From the NCBI RefSeq assembly GCF_009914755.1, contig NC_060927.1: a DNA stretch of 64,000 nt; one strand, 5' to 3'. Below, piece by piece: positions 29,554-48,102 of the stretch. Source of the stretch: the human T2T-CHM13v2.0 reference genome, Homo sapiens. How positions within the stretch are numbered: the first letter of the stretch is position 1; each line of letters begins with the position of its first letter. The notes under the pieces were generated by a model. The model was not told the DNA's origin, did not search any database, and worked only from the letters and a program-made list of their open reading frames with translations. Position numbers and translations under genes: made by a program.

Positions 29554-30079
29554 CTAGGAAAACAAAACAAAATACGATGTCTCTTTGAAGTCCTCAGATT
29601 CAGGTACTGTTTTTCCATGTCACATAGTTTGATGTTGTAGAATGTTTCTTACCATTTCTTGGTAGTATTCCCAGCTCTACCTGACTAACCTCAACTCCCA
29701 AAATGACCTTGTGTGTGGAAAAATATGTCCTGTGTAGGCCTCTGTTTAGGTGCCATGCAGCTGAGCAGGCTCTAACAGAAAGTAATTATCTAAGGACGCT
29801 GACATAATTCCAGTTAAGGTAAGCCTGGAAGGTAATAGAGTGAGGTATTAATAAGGAGAAACAGTCACAAAGCTTTTTATTTTACCTTCATTTAAAAAGT
29901 AAGACACAAACTGGAACATGTGAGAATCTGAGATCGGACCTCACTGTATTGGAAGGTGAGTTGTTCAAAACTTAAAACATTCTTTCTTACAAATAAGGTT
30001 ATAACTATACATAATATACTTGTTTCTGAGGTAGCTCAGAAAAGCCAGTAATAATAAAAACACATAGAATCACAGAATC

Positions 30080-30250
30080 AGACACTTTAAACATGCTGTT
30101 CAACTCCTTTATTTTATAGATAGCACCGCTGTGGTGAAGAGAAAGTTGAGTCACTTGTGAAGGGCCACAGTGGTATATAAAAGCAAAGCTGGGAAGAAAG
30201 CCAAATCTATGACTGAGAGCCACACATTTTTCACATTGAACCACCTCTCC
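30080..30250. mobile_element. MIR fragment
   Basis: ttattttatagat...gagtcacttg...agggccacag...aaagctggg. Confidence 0.55.
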
Positions 30251-30356
30251 TGATGAAGTATTTTTCAAGTATTTATGTTTCAGTATAGCTTAACATTACC
30301 AGTGTGTATCAAAAGCAGTATTAAAAACAGTTGCATTTGATTTTCTTAGTTGATGA

Positions 30357-30636
30357 TGGGGGTCCCCAACCCCCGGCTGCAGCTGTGGGCACCAGTCCAC
30401 GGCAGTGGGGCCAGCATTACCACCTGAGTTCCATCTCCTATCAGATCAGCTACAGCATTAGATTCTCACAGGAGCGTGAACCCTATTGTGAACTGCACAT
30501 TTGAGGGACTTAGACTGTACGCTCCTTATGAGAATCTAACTAATGCCTGATGAAACCACCCGCCTACCCTCTGTCCGTGGAAAAACTGTCTTCCATAAAA
30601 CTGGTCCCTGGTGCCAAAAAGGTTGGGGACCACTGG
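30357..30636. mobile_element. MER1B hAT-Charlie fossil
   Basis: ggggtccccaacccccgg...ggttggggaccactg termini; ccttatgagaatctaa. Confidence 0.9.
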
Positions 30637-30772
30637 TTTACACAATAAAATGAAAAACAGGCTGAGTGTGAAATCAGCTGTCCTCCAGAACACCTGAGGC
30701 ATATGCTCTGTCTCAGCCACTGTGAAATCTCAGACTAATTTTTCATCACCCAAGGATAAAAAGAATTTTCCC

Positions 30773-31146
<374 letters not shown>

Positions 31147-31346
31147 TTAGAAGTTTAGATTATTCAGCCTGGCTATGTTGAAAACTTCTTCCAAAGATGC
31201 TCCCAGCTGTCACCCTTCTTTTTCAGTCCACGGAACCTTTTAAGTTGCTACATTCACTTTAGATTATGCTTTTTACTTTTCACTCCCAGATCTATCTTCT
31301 CATTAATTTCCCCAGAGCCAAGTACTTGACTAATTCAAGGCCCACC

Positions 31347-31610
31347 TTTTTTTTCAACAGTCTTCCTATTGTTGCCCAGGCTGGAGTGCAATGGCGCGAT
31401 CTCAGCTCACTGCAACGTCCGCCTCCTGGGTTTAAACTGGGATTACAGGCACCCACCACCACGCCCGGCTAATTTTTGTATTTTTAGTAGAGATGGGGTT
31501 TCGCCATTTTGGCCAGGCTTGTCTTGAACTGCTGACCTCGTGATCTGCCCGCCTCGGCCTCCCAAAATGCTGGGATTACAGGCGTGAGCGTGAGCCATGG
31601 TGCCCGGCCG
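31347..31610 (-). mobile_element. Alu (AluS)
   Basis: Antisense dimer with internal deletion. Confidence 0.9.
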
Positions 31611-31900
31611 CCCTACCCTTTTTCTTAGCTTTTTGCAGAAAGCTGTCATCTGTATTTCCTCACTATTCAAGTCATGTTGGTCCTAGGTTCTATATATCTC
31701 TATATATTATTTTCTATATAGATTTCTCTAACCATCATTCTTAGAGCCATCTCAGAATTTGATAGCCCATTTACTTTGTTCTTGATTATCCCTAATTACC
31801 TTATTATTGCTTCTATCTCCCTTTGCTCTTTTTCCATTTTCCACACACCTTTCCTAAAAGCCTGCTTAGATCTTCGCAATTCTGGCTCACATTCCTATTA

Positions 31901-32194
<294 letters not shown>

Positions 32195-32624
32195 TTAACA
32201 CATAATTCTATACTCAGTGAATATATCCTTGAAAATGAAGGGGGAAACAAAGACTCTACCAAACTAAAAGTAGATAGAATTTCTCACCAAGAGACCTGAC
32301 TAGAAGAAGTGTTAAAGGAAGTTATTCAGCAGAAAGAAAACAGCAGATACAAGTGGAAAACCTCGATCTTCCCAAAGGCATGTGGAGTGCCCAAACTAGT
32401 AAATACGCATGCACATATAAGACTTTTCATTTCAAAAGTTCCTCTAAATGAGTAATTAACTGTTTAAAGTAAAAATAATATCCAGTGTTTACAGCATATA
32501 AAATGCACAGCAAAAATAGTACATAAAAGGGAGAAATAGATGTATGCTATTATAAAAAATCTAACACTATATGTGAAATGCAATAATTTTACTTGAACAT
32601 AGACTGTAAAAAGTATGCAATAAA

Positions 32625-33097
<473 letters not shown>

Positions 33098-33408
33098 TTA
33101 TCTAAATCCCATTATCAGCCTGAATTTAAAAACAAACAAAAATCCAACTATATCCTGTTTAAAAGAATCCCATGTTAACTATGAAAACAGATGATAAATA
33201 AAAAATGGAAAATATATCTCATGACAAAATTAAGCATAAGGAAGCTCTAAGTATAATCTGATTATTAATACATTAATATCAAACAAGGTACTCTAGAGCA
33301 AGGACTAAGAGGAACATTTCTTAATGATAAAGTGGTTAATCCATCAAGATAACATAAAAATTCTAAATGTGTGTACCTAACACCTTAATTTGGAAATCTG
33401 TAATCTAG

Positions 33409-33712
<304 letters not shown>

Positions 33713-34750
33713 GACAGAACTTTTTAAAAAGAAATCATATTTAGAGTTGGAGATTAACACCCTTCTCTCTGTAAATAATAAAACTAAAAATTAATAACAC
33801 AGAAGATCTAAACACTTGACAAACTGGACTCGTATTTACAGAAAACATCCGATAAAAATAATACAAAATACTGAAGTGCAAATAAAACATTAACAAAAGA
33901 GATCACACACAGAGAACAAAACAGATGCAAATCTAAAAGATTTAAATCACAGAGTATTTTCTCTGGCTACAAAGAAAAGTCCCATACAAAGTTACCAAAT
34001 ATTTGAAATCAGATAAACATATTCCTAAAGTAAACAAAGGCTCAAAGAAGAAATCACAATGAAAATTAAAAATCATTCTGAAGTATATGAAAAGAGAAGA
34101 GCGTACCAAAAATAGTAAAATGCAGCTAAAGCAACACCTTAAGGGCACTATTTCACAAACAAAACGAATTTGAGATCACTGATCTAAGTTTAAGAAGCTA
34201 GAAAAAGGGCAAATTAAACAAAGAAAGCGCTAATATCAATGCAACAGAAAACAGACACACAACACTGAAAAAGCAGTGAAACTAAACTGTCTTTTGAACA
34301 AATCAATAAAACTGATACCTCTCACTAAACTGATCAAGATTTGTATTGTGAATTATGAAAAATAAAAAAACATAGCCACAGACTCCACATTAATTGAAAG
34401 AATATTAAGCTAATAATTTCTTTAAGAAATAAAACTCCTTTGAAAGACATGAGTTACCAAAAATGACTCAAGATTTTTTTGATCTATGTTGTTCTGTATC
34501 TATGAAAGAAATTTAATTTGGGAAACAAAAGGTGTATGAATTTAAAAGAATAAATAAATAGTCATTGTCTATAAATAATGTGAATACATAAGGAAAGCTG
34601 ATCTTAAAGGATACTAAGGACTTTCAAAAGGAGAAAGATAGTTTTTTTCTTTTTTCCAAGAAATGGTACGAAAACAACTGAATAGTCACATAGAAAAAAA
34701 AATGAACTTCAACTTTTACCTCATACCATACACAAAAATTATATCAGTTT

Positions 34751-35040
<290 letters not shown>

Positions 35041-35224
35041 TAAACCATTTTTTAATCTAAAAGCTAACACTCTAAAACTTCTAAATAGAAATACAGGATA
35101 AACTTTCTTAGAACAAAAAAAAACAGAAACCATTAAAAAAAAAAAACCTAGAATTCTTGAAAACGTGAAACTTCTACTCTACCAAAAAAAAAAAAAAAAA
35201 AGGCACGAAAGGAATGAAAAATCA

Positions 35225-35713
<489 letters not shown>

Positions 35714-35924
35714 TCACAAAAAGATGTATGAATGTCCTCAGAAGTAAAAACTAAAACACAAGGAGATACTAGTTTCTATATACTACTATACACTAGAATA
35801 TAGCTCAAAGCTGGAAGCAACACAAATATCCATCAACTGGGAATGGACAAAAAATTGTGCTACATCCGCACAACAAAATGACAATTCAAGGAGGGACAAG
35901 TCAAGCACAAAATACACAGTGTAT

Positions 35925-36705
35925 GTATCACTTTCTACTCTTGCTAGATGATGAATTACCACAAACGTAGTAGCTTAAAACAACACAAATTTGTTAATTT
36001 GTAGTTCTGTAAGTTACAAGTCTGACACAGGTCTCACTGGGCTAAAATGAAGGTGTAAACAGGTGTAATCATTCCTCTCTGGGCCAGGCACAGTGTCTCA
36101 CACCTGTAATCCCACTTTGGGAGGCTGAGGTAAGAGGACTGCTTGAGCCCATGAGGTCAAAGCTGGAGTGAGCTGTGATTGTGTCACTGTACTCCAGCCT
36201 GAGTAGCAGAATGAGACTCTATCTCAAAAAACAAAAAGAAAAAAAAATTTCCTCTCCGGAGGCTCCTAAAGCAGATTAGTTTCTTTTGACTTTTCTAGAC
36301 TCTGGAGGCACCAGCATTCCCTTGGCTCAGGGCCTCGTCCTCCATCTTCCAAGCCAAGAAATGTGTGCATCTGACCATTCTTCAGCAGTCATTAGTCCTA
36401 TCACCCTCTCACTACAGATTTTAAGGATCTGTATGATGAGATTAGACTTGCTGGCATGATTTAGTATATAATACTATAAAATTCTGAATTTAACATAAAG
36501 AAATAGCACATTTGTACTCAATTCAGAACACTCTGGGTTATAAGTGACCTTGCTGGTTTAAATGAGGATTACCTTGGCATCACTCTCTGCATCAAGGCTC
36601 TTAATCACATGTGTAAAATGCCTTTGCCATGGAAGGTTAAATACCCACAGGTTCTGGGAATTAGAGTATGGATGTCTTAGAGGGATCTTTATTCTCCCTA
36701 CCACA
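35925..36705 (-). mobile_element. MLT1-type MaLR LTR with inserted Alu monomer (36082-36247)
   Basis: aattaccacaaac...gcttaaaacaacacaaattt...ttaatcacat...ctaccaca. Confidence 0.8.
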
Positions 36706-37247
36706 AAATGGAATGGAATTCCATTCATATGAAATTTCTCAAGAAGCAAAACTAACCTGCAGTGTTAGAAAGCAAATTAGCCGTTTCCTGGGATGGGCGT
36801 GCCAAAGGGGACTAACTGCAATTGGGAACAAGGGAACTTTTCCAGTTTTATACGTGATCTTCGTCTTAAATTGTGGTAGTTGCACAGGTATATACATTTG
36901 TATATTATTCAAATACACCTCAAATGAATGCATTTTATCATATGTAAAGTACAGCTCAATGAAGTTTGTTTGAAGATCATAAATACTATCCTCGTTAAGT
37001 GTTTTATTTTAGTTGTTTCCCCCCACCCCCAAGGCTAATAGGTTTGCTCATAGGTAGGTTGGAAAACTGTGAGGCTATCTCATATATCTTAAGGTCCCAC
37101 CACGGTAGTTTTCAATAAAACAATCTACATGAAGAACTGGATAGTTTTTATAACATTATTTCTAAAAAATAAAAAGTAAAACAAAAACAAAAACAAAAAC
37201 AAAAAAAACCCTGCTGCAAATTCCACTGTAAATATAGGATTTGTTTC

Positions 37248-37543
37248 TTTTTTTTTTTTTTTTTAAGACAGTCTTGCTCAGTCGCCCAGGCTGGAGTGCA
37301 GTGGCACAATCTTGGCTCACTGCAACCTCTACCCTCCTGGGTTCAAGCCATTCTCCTGCCTCAGCCTCCCCAGTAGCTGGGATTACAGGTGCGAACCACT
37401 ATGCCCAGCTAATTTTTGTATTTTTAGTAGACACGGAGTTTCACCATGTTGGCCAGGCTGGTCTCGAACTCCTGACCTCATGATCCGCCCGCCTCGGCCT
37501 CCCAATGTGCTGGGATTACCGGCGTGAACCACCACGTCCGGCC
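37248..37543 (-). mobile_element. Alu (AluS)
   Basis: Antisense dimer; TSD aatatagga. Confidence 0.95.
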
Positions 37544-38758
37544 AATATAGGAATTTAAAACAAGACTACAACTGACAGAAGAGCCATTCATCCCTATGGT
37601 ATACTCCTAAATTTCATATTATATATTAGACCCTGAAAATCCTGTTGCTATGGTGTTGCTCCCAGGAGACATTTCAGCAGCAGTAACCAGGAAGAGCTAA
37701 GAAGCTGACAGACCTGCATATAGATATGATTAGAAAATCATCTGTGGCGCTTTAGGGATTCTGTTTGAGCACCTCTAGATTAAAGAAAATTGGACACTAC
37801 TAACAGCCCTAAGGCTATATAAACCCAAGAAATTAACCTAACCTCCCCAGCCCCTCAAGTAATATTAAAGAGATATCATTCTTCTATAAACAATATAAAT
37901 CAAGAAGAGAAACATCCATCCTGCGGGCCACATTAAACTACTAAGGCCACTAAATGGACGTATTTTCCCACCTCCAAAACTAAGCTATAATAAATACAAT
38001 ATGGTCTCTAAAATTATTAGCATTCAAAGAGCCTCAATGTAGAGATACCCTATTAAAAGTTTTAATTCTCCTAAAATGTAAAAAGAACAAGAAGAATTTT
38101 TTATTTTTAATTCCTGCAGTGGTAAAGACAGTTTTTACTTATGTGGAACTCAGCTGGATTTTCTCAATGGGTAAAAAAAAAAAGAGAGAAATCAGTTTCT
38201 ACCATAGGTTTAAAAAGCTGAGGCTGATTCTCCTGCTGCTGAGGAAAGTAAATAGCTCACTTCCAATACTGAAAGAAGTAGCTACTTGAAATTATATCAA
38301 TTCTCTAATGCTAAAAAGATTACCTTAAAAATGGTAAGGAAATTACCACTTATACCACAACTGGAGTATACATTTTATAAAATAAGGGCCCTCTATTTTA
38401 AAATAAAGTACATTCAATGCTGTTGTGAGAACTGTATGATTTATTTAAAAGAAATACTATAGAAAAGTCAATATATATAATTTATACACATATAAATGAC
38501 AAGCTTGATCAAAATAACTACTTGAAAAACCAAGACACAAAATTCTCATCACATTTTCAGCAGCATGAGTTTTTATATCCATTCTCTCTTCTTTCTTAAA
38601 ATAAGCACCAAATTTATAGCACCCCTTTGAAGCACTAAAGATATGTCAGTGTGCAAAAATCAGGTAGGAAAAGAAAAAAGTCATCCAAGTAAATAATTAT
38701 AATCAGCGTTAAGTGTTACAAAGTACCAGCTCCTACGAAAGTCCTAAATAAGTAATGT

Positions 38759-38779
38759 CCCTGCTGCCACCTGATGCAC
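38759..38779 (-). promoter_or_regulatory. CTCF-like motif
   Basis: Minus strand gcatcAGGTGGCAGCAgg resembles the CTCF core; non-repeat context. Confidence 0.3.
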
Positions 38780-39206
38780 AGGGCTTAGTAAAGACTAATG
38801 ATGGCCACTGTTTCCAAGTGAAGCGATGCTGGCCCCTGAGTTTCAAGACACTAGTTTTGCATCTTCATAAGGATGCTACGTTTTTGCAGTAAAATTTAGG
38901 ATGTCTATTTGTTTAAAAATTTTTTAAGCTATATTAATAGGTCAAGGTCGTTAATACCACCACATTAATGCATTTAACCTCATAGTTTAATTTAACTTAA
39001 TATAAAGTAGTGGTGAAGAGCAAGGCTAGACAGCTAGATTTGCATGTAACCCTGAGCACATTACTTAATCCAATAAAGAGTGGGGAAAATGGAGCAAGAG
39101 GGAACAAAATAATAGTACTTTCTCAAGAAGCTCAAATAACAAGTAAATTGAAGAGCTGTTGGAGGCCTTGTTTAGCTGCTTTGCAAACCATGTAAGTAGA
39201 AGTATC

Positions 39207-39505
39207 TGGTAGGGCGCAGTGGCTCAGTCCTGTAATCCCAGCACTTTGGGAGGACGTCATGGTAGTGCATCATGACGTCAGGAGATCTAGGCCATCCTGG
39301 CTACCACGATGAAACCCCATCTCTACTAAAAATACAAAAAATTAGCTGGGCGTGGTGACAGGCGCCTGTAGTCCCAGCTATTCAGGAGGCCAAGGCAGGA
39401 GAATGGCGCGAACCCGGGAGACTGAGCTTGCAGTGAGCCAAGATTGCGCCACTGCACTCCAGTCTGGGCGACAGAGCGAGACTCTGTCTCAAAAAAAAAA
39501 AAAAA
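39207..39505 (+). mobile_element. AluY with a mutation cluster in its 5' part
   Basis: AluY-like right arm; altered 39207-39310; TSD aagtatc. Confidence 0.92.
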
Positions 39506-39728
39506 GTATCCAATTGGCAGCGAGAAAGAAGAATCAAATAATGTCCAGAACAATCTTCACTGAGTCCATAGTTCCCATTCTGCTTCCAATTCCAGGATAT
39601 ATTACTTGCGCTGGGTTTGATGGGATACTTCCCAATGAATTCTTTTTCTTCAAGCTCTCGATTATTTTTTATTATTTGAAACTCAGTCCTAAATCATAAA
39701 ACATGTTTATAAAGAGCTAAAACATTCT

Positions 39729-40032
<304 letters not shown>

Positions 40033-40516
40033 CTAAAACATTCTCTAGAAATGTAAAAAAATTTATATCAAGTACTAAAACAAAGCCAGTTAATCTTAGA
40101 TACACAAATGTACACAAACACACCTAGGTTTGTTGTGTTTCCGTTTTGGAAATTTGGTAAATGCTTAACAGCATAATTTTCCATTTGTTATAGTCTAATT
40201 TGTTTTCCTGTTTCTCTGACTGTTTTGCCTATCATCTTAGATAACCCCTGTGCCAGTCCTTGACTCCTTGCTTTCCCATGTGTTTCTTTTAGCTAGTTTA
40301 CATGCTACCCCTTAAGTTCTCTTTTCCCCAAAACCCTGACTGAAAAAAAGACTTCTACAAGCAGTCAGCAAACAGGTTATTTCCCACACATATCTCACAT
40401 TTTTATTTACATTATGAGCCAGTTAGGTTAATTACACTTTTCAGTGACTCAAATGCAAGTAAAAGATTCTGAACTCAGCACTAATAATGTCAAACCCTAC
40501 ATAAAAGGCACTAATT

Positions 40517-40847
<331 letters not shown>

Positions 40848-40849
40848 TC

Positions 40850-42810
<1,961 letters not shown>

Positions 42811-42992
42811 GCCAACAAATCTTTTCTGAAGCAGTAATCAGCTTCAATTCATATGTATCACTTTCTATACACATAGATATACACATAAATACGCAAAATG
42901 TATCAATAGTTTAGATTTATGTTATTACAATTAAACAGTAAAAACTCAGTACTTCTGCCCAAGCACAAAAAAGAATATATACCTTTACTCAC

Positions 42993-43016
42993 CTCAAATA
43001 TATTCCCAATACGTTC
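42993..43016 (-). other. Candidate 24-nt microexon
   Basis: Minus strand tgctaat (branch-like)...tttccttttcAG|gaacgtattgggaatatatttgag|GTGAGT; both splice sites near consensus. Confidence 0.65.
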
Positions 43017-43340
43017 CTGAAAAGGAAATATTTTTCTTCAACCAGAGAATTATTAGCAACAATCAACAATAGAGAAAGCCCAGCAGATTATACGCCCTTC
43101 TTAACACCAACCGTGCACACGCATACGCTCAGCAACATACCGTAAAACAACTAACATAACATTTCAAAATTCTTGTTCCAGAGCTGAGTAAAATTCATTA
43201 TTGTGGCTTGGTTAGGACTCCCTGACTTGACATTAAAAACTGTTCATGTTTACAACTACCACAATGTTTGCTATCCGAGTATTCCCTCCTGCAAAGACCT
43301 TCAAATGGCCCCTAAATTGTTAAAACTTGGAATGGCTTAA

Positions 43341-43662
<322 letters not shown>

Positions 43663-44831
43663 TACTTCTAAATTTTTGAAGAAACAAATTGAAAAAGATT
43701 ATACAAATAAATGGAAAGATGTCTCATGTTCACGAACTGAAAGAATATTGTTAAAATGTCCATACTACCCAAAGTTATCTGCAGAGTCAATGAAATCTCT
43801 ATCAAAATTTCAATGACATTTTTCACATCTTCTGGAGCTGGGCTGAATAGAGATTATGAACTACAAGACTATGGTATCCCTAAAAATTTCAAATACTCTA
43901 CAGCATTGTAGGAAAAATTGTATATTTACTTTAAAATATTTTTAAACATATGTTCGAGTTTGTTGAAGTTTTAATTTTTTTTTTTACCGTGGCAAAGAAA
44001 TGTATGATAGTACTACATTTTACTTAACCTTAATGCCTTCCTTCTTTCTCATATCTAAAAATTTGTTATGGGTTCTAGCTAACACAATAAGAAAAGGTAA
44101 AGAATGGGAAGGAAGAAATAAAACTATCTTTGTTCACAGATGACATGATTGTCTACACAGAAAATCTGAAAGAACTGACAAAAAAAACTCCAGGAACTAA
44201 TAAGCAATTACAGTAAGCTTGCAGGATACAAGGTTAGTATACAAAAGTCAATCGCTTCCCAATTTGAAGTGAAAAACACAAAACCATTTATATTACTCAG
44301 GCACAAATCTAACAATATGGATAAGATCTATATGAAGAAAGTCTGATGAAATAAATCAAAGAACTAAATAAATGGAGAAATACTCCATTTCCTTGGATAG
44401 AAGACTCAATACTGTCAAGATGTCATTTCTTCCCAACTTGATCTACAAATTCAACACAATCTCAATCAAAATCCCAGCAAATTTTGTGGATATCAACAAA
44501 CTTAAGTCTTAAGTTTATATGAAGTTTTTTTGAAGGAGAGAACAAAGTGAAAGGATTTGCCCTACTTGACCTCAAGACTTCCTAAAAAGCTAGAGTTATC
44601 AAGACAATATGGTATTAGTGAAAGAACAAATAGATCAGTGGAACAAAATAGCCCAGAATACATCTGTACATAGAAAACTGATCTCTGACAAAGTAACAAA
44701 GACAATACAATGGAGCAAAGACAGTCTATTCAACAAAGAGTGCTGGAACAACTAAACATCCATATGCAAAAAACCAGTCTAGACTCAGCCCTCACACTCT
44801 TCACAAAAACTAACTCAAAATAGATCACAGA

Positions 44832-45245
44832 GCCAGGTTCAGTGGCTCACACCTGTAATCCCACCACTTTGGGAGGCTGAGTAAGATGATCACTTGAGGC
44901 CAGGAGTTCAAGACCAGCCTAGGCAACATGGCAAAAGCGTTATCTCCACAAAAAAATTAGCTGGACATGGTGGTATGCCCCTGTAGACCCACCTACTCAG
45001 GAGGCTGAGGTGGGAGGATTGCTTGAGCCTGGGAGGCGGAGGTTGCAGGAAGCCAAGATAACCTCACTGCACTCCAGCCTGGGCAACAGAGCCACACCCT
45101 GTCCAAAAAAATGGATCATAGGCCAGGCACAGTGGGTCACACCTGTAATCCCAGCACTCTGGGAGGCCAAGGCAGGTGGATTGGCTGAGCTCAGGAGTTT
45201 GAGACCAGCTTGGGCAACATGGTGAAACTCCCATCTCTAAAAATA
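44832..45245 (+). mobile_element. AluJ (44832-45110) plus Alu left monomer (45121-45245)
   Basis: Dimer followed by monomer. Confidence 0.9.
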
Positions 45246-45429
45246 ATAACAATAACAATGATAATGAGATAAATAAAATACAATAAAGGAAAAATACATT
45301 AAAAACTCACCAATAGGGAAACATACAACCCTATTTTAAAAATAGGCCAAGAATATTAAACAGAGACCTTATTCAAAGAACACATACGTATGTAAATATG
45401 CATGTGAAAAGATGTTCCACATCATATAC

Positions 45430-45774
45430 TGATATGGTTTGGCTTTGTGTTCCCATTCAAATCTCATCTTCTAATCCCCAGGTGCTGAGGGAAGGGCCTC
45501 ATGGGAGGTGAATGGATCATGCAGCTTCCCCCATGCTGTTCTGATAATAGTGAGTTCTCTGATGGTTTTATATGGGGCTCTTCCTACTTCTCTTCCTTCA
45601 CACTCTCTTGCTTGCTGCCATGTTAGAAGTGCCTGCTTCCCCTTCTGCCATGATTGTAAGTTTCCTGAGGCCTCCCCAGCCATGCAGAACTGTGAGTCAA
45701 CTAAAACTCTTTTCTATATAAATTACCTGGTTTGGGGCTGTTCTCTATAGCAGTGTGAGAATGGACTTACTACA
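45430..45774. mobile_element. MSTA/THE1-type MaLR solo LTR
   Basis: TGATATGGTTTGG...aagtttcctgaggcctccccagccatgcagaactgtgagtca...TACA; TSD tatac/tacac. Confidence 0.92.
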
Positions 45775-46648
45775 TACACCATTAGGGGATTGCAAATTTA
45801 AACAATAATGAAATATCACTACACACCTATTAGAATGGTCAAAACCTGGAACACTGAAAACACCAAATGCTGGTGAAGATGTGGAGCAAGAGGACTCTCA
45901 TTCATTGCTGGTGCAATCACAAAATGGTACCGCCACTTTGGGAGACAGTTTAACGCTTTCTTACTAAAACTAAACATACTCTTACCATATGATCCAGCAA
46001 ACATTTCCTTGGTATCTACCCAACAAGTTTAAATCTTGTGTCCACACAAAAACCGGTACGTGGATGTTTATAATAGCTTTATCCATAATTGCCAAAACTT
46101 GGAAGTAATGGAGACGCCCTTCAGTAGGTCAAAGTTGATAAACTTGGTACATGCAGACAATGGATTATTATTCTACACTAAAAAGAAATGAGCTATCAAA
46201 CCATGAAAGGACATGGAGGAATCTTAAATACATATTACTACATGAAAGAAGTCAATCTAAAAAGGCTACATACTACATGATTCCAGTTATGTGACATTCT
46301 GGAAAAGGCAAAATTATGGAGGCAGCCAGAAGGTTGCCAGGAAGTGGGGGAAGGGATGAATAGGTGAAGCACAAAAAATGTTTAGGGCAGTGAAAATCCT
46401 CTCTATTATAAGGCAAGATGCAAATGTCATTATACATTTGGTCGAACACGCAGAACGTACAACACCAAGAGTGAACCCTAATGTAAACTATGGACTTTGG
46501 GTGATAATGATGTCAACTTAGGTTCATCAACTGTAACCAACGTACCACTCTGGTGCAGGATGTTGGTAACTGGGGACACGAGGCAGAGGGTATGGAAAAC
46601 CTCTGTGTCTTTCTCTCAATTTTATTGTGAACCTAAAACTGCTCTTTA

Positions 46649-46962
<314 letters not shown>

Positions 46963-47299
46963 TAAGTATCTTAAAAAAGTGTTGTTATAGGACAAAAACT
47001 CCAATACAAGTTTTATAACTACTACTCTGGACTTTCAAATAATAAATGGGAAACAACCAAAAACTTTCAGCATCTTTTCAGTTAAGCTAAATTCTTCCAT
47101 GTAATGAGATAAATATATAAACAATATACATTAGGCCATGTTATATAACAGAAACTAGGATTCTGTCACAGGTAAATTAAAAATAACTTATGAATCCTCT
47201 TCTAATTAAAGTGTTCATTTAGGTACACAAAATTCTAAGAAATACATTACTACTTGAAGTTAAAAAGAATCAACATGGAAGAAAACACGGAAATAAACC

Positions 47300-47596
<297 letters not shown>

Positions 47597-48051
47597 ATGA
47601 ACCGTTTTCTAAAGGCTCCAAATACAATGTATTTCACAATCAGTTGTTACTGCTTCACTTGGTGTTCATGAAAGGATGTGAACATAATGAACATACTGAA
47701 CTTTTCTCTCTCTACAAACTTGTATACATTTAATGCTATAATAAACATATACTTTACAAAATATTTGTATTAAAATAAAAATTCAATCATTTCTGAATTA
47801 CATTTACTTATTAAGCCTAAAAGCTGCATTATTTGATTTACAATTATTTAAAGTATTCACTTCATTGAAATCTTCAGCCATTTTATGGTTTTCCATAATA
47901 GGAAAATACAGATTTGGAGAGGGGGAAACAAATGTTGACTTACCCTGTCTTTGCCTTACCAATCCAACTACCCTCTAGTCAGTCATCTTAGACTAAGTGA
48001 TTAACTTTTTTTTTCTTATTATTTTAGGATTCTTGAATCCCTAAAGCTTGA

Positions 48052-48102
48052 CCACATATTTACAAAAATGAAAACTCCACATATTTACAAAAATGAAAAC
48101 TC
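48052..48102. repeat. Perfect 25-bp tandem duplication
   Basis: ccacatatttacaaaaatgaaaact x2. Confidence 0.95.

Larger units (their letters stand above)
43680..46640 (+). mobile_element. L1M (MB/MC-type) ORF2 to 3' UTR remnant, interrupted
   Basis: ttcacagatgacatgattgtct (RT FADD region), caagagtgaaccctaatgtaaactatggactttggg, gtgaacctaaaactgctct. Confidence 0.85.

Noticed and set aside
29815-29962. Plus-strand donor-like motifs (AAG|GTAAGC, AAG|GTGAGT)
   Set aside because: No convincing paired acceptor and opposite to the inferred host strand; an antisense transcript is not excluded
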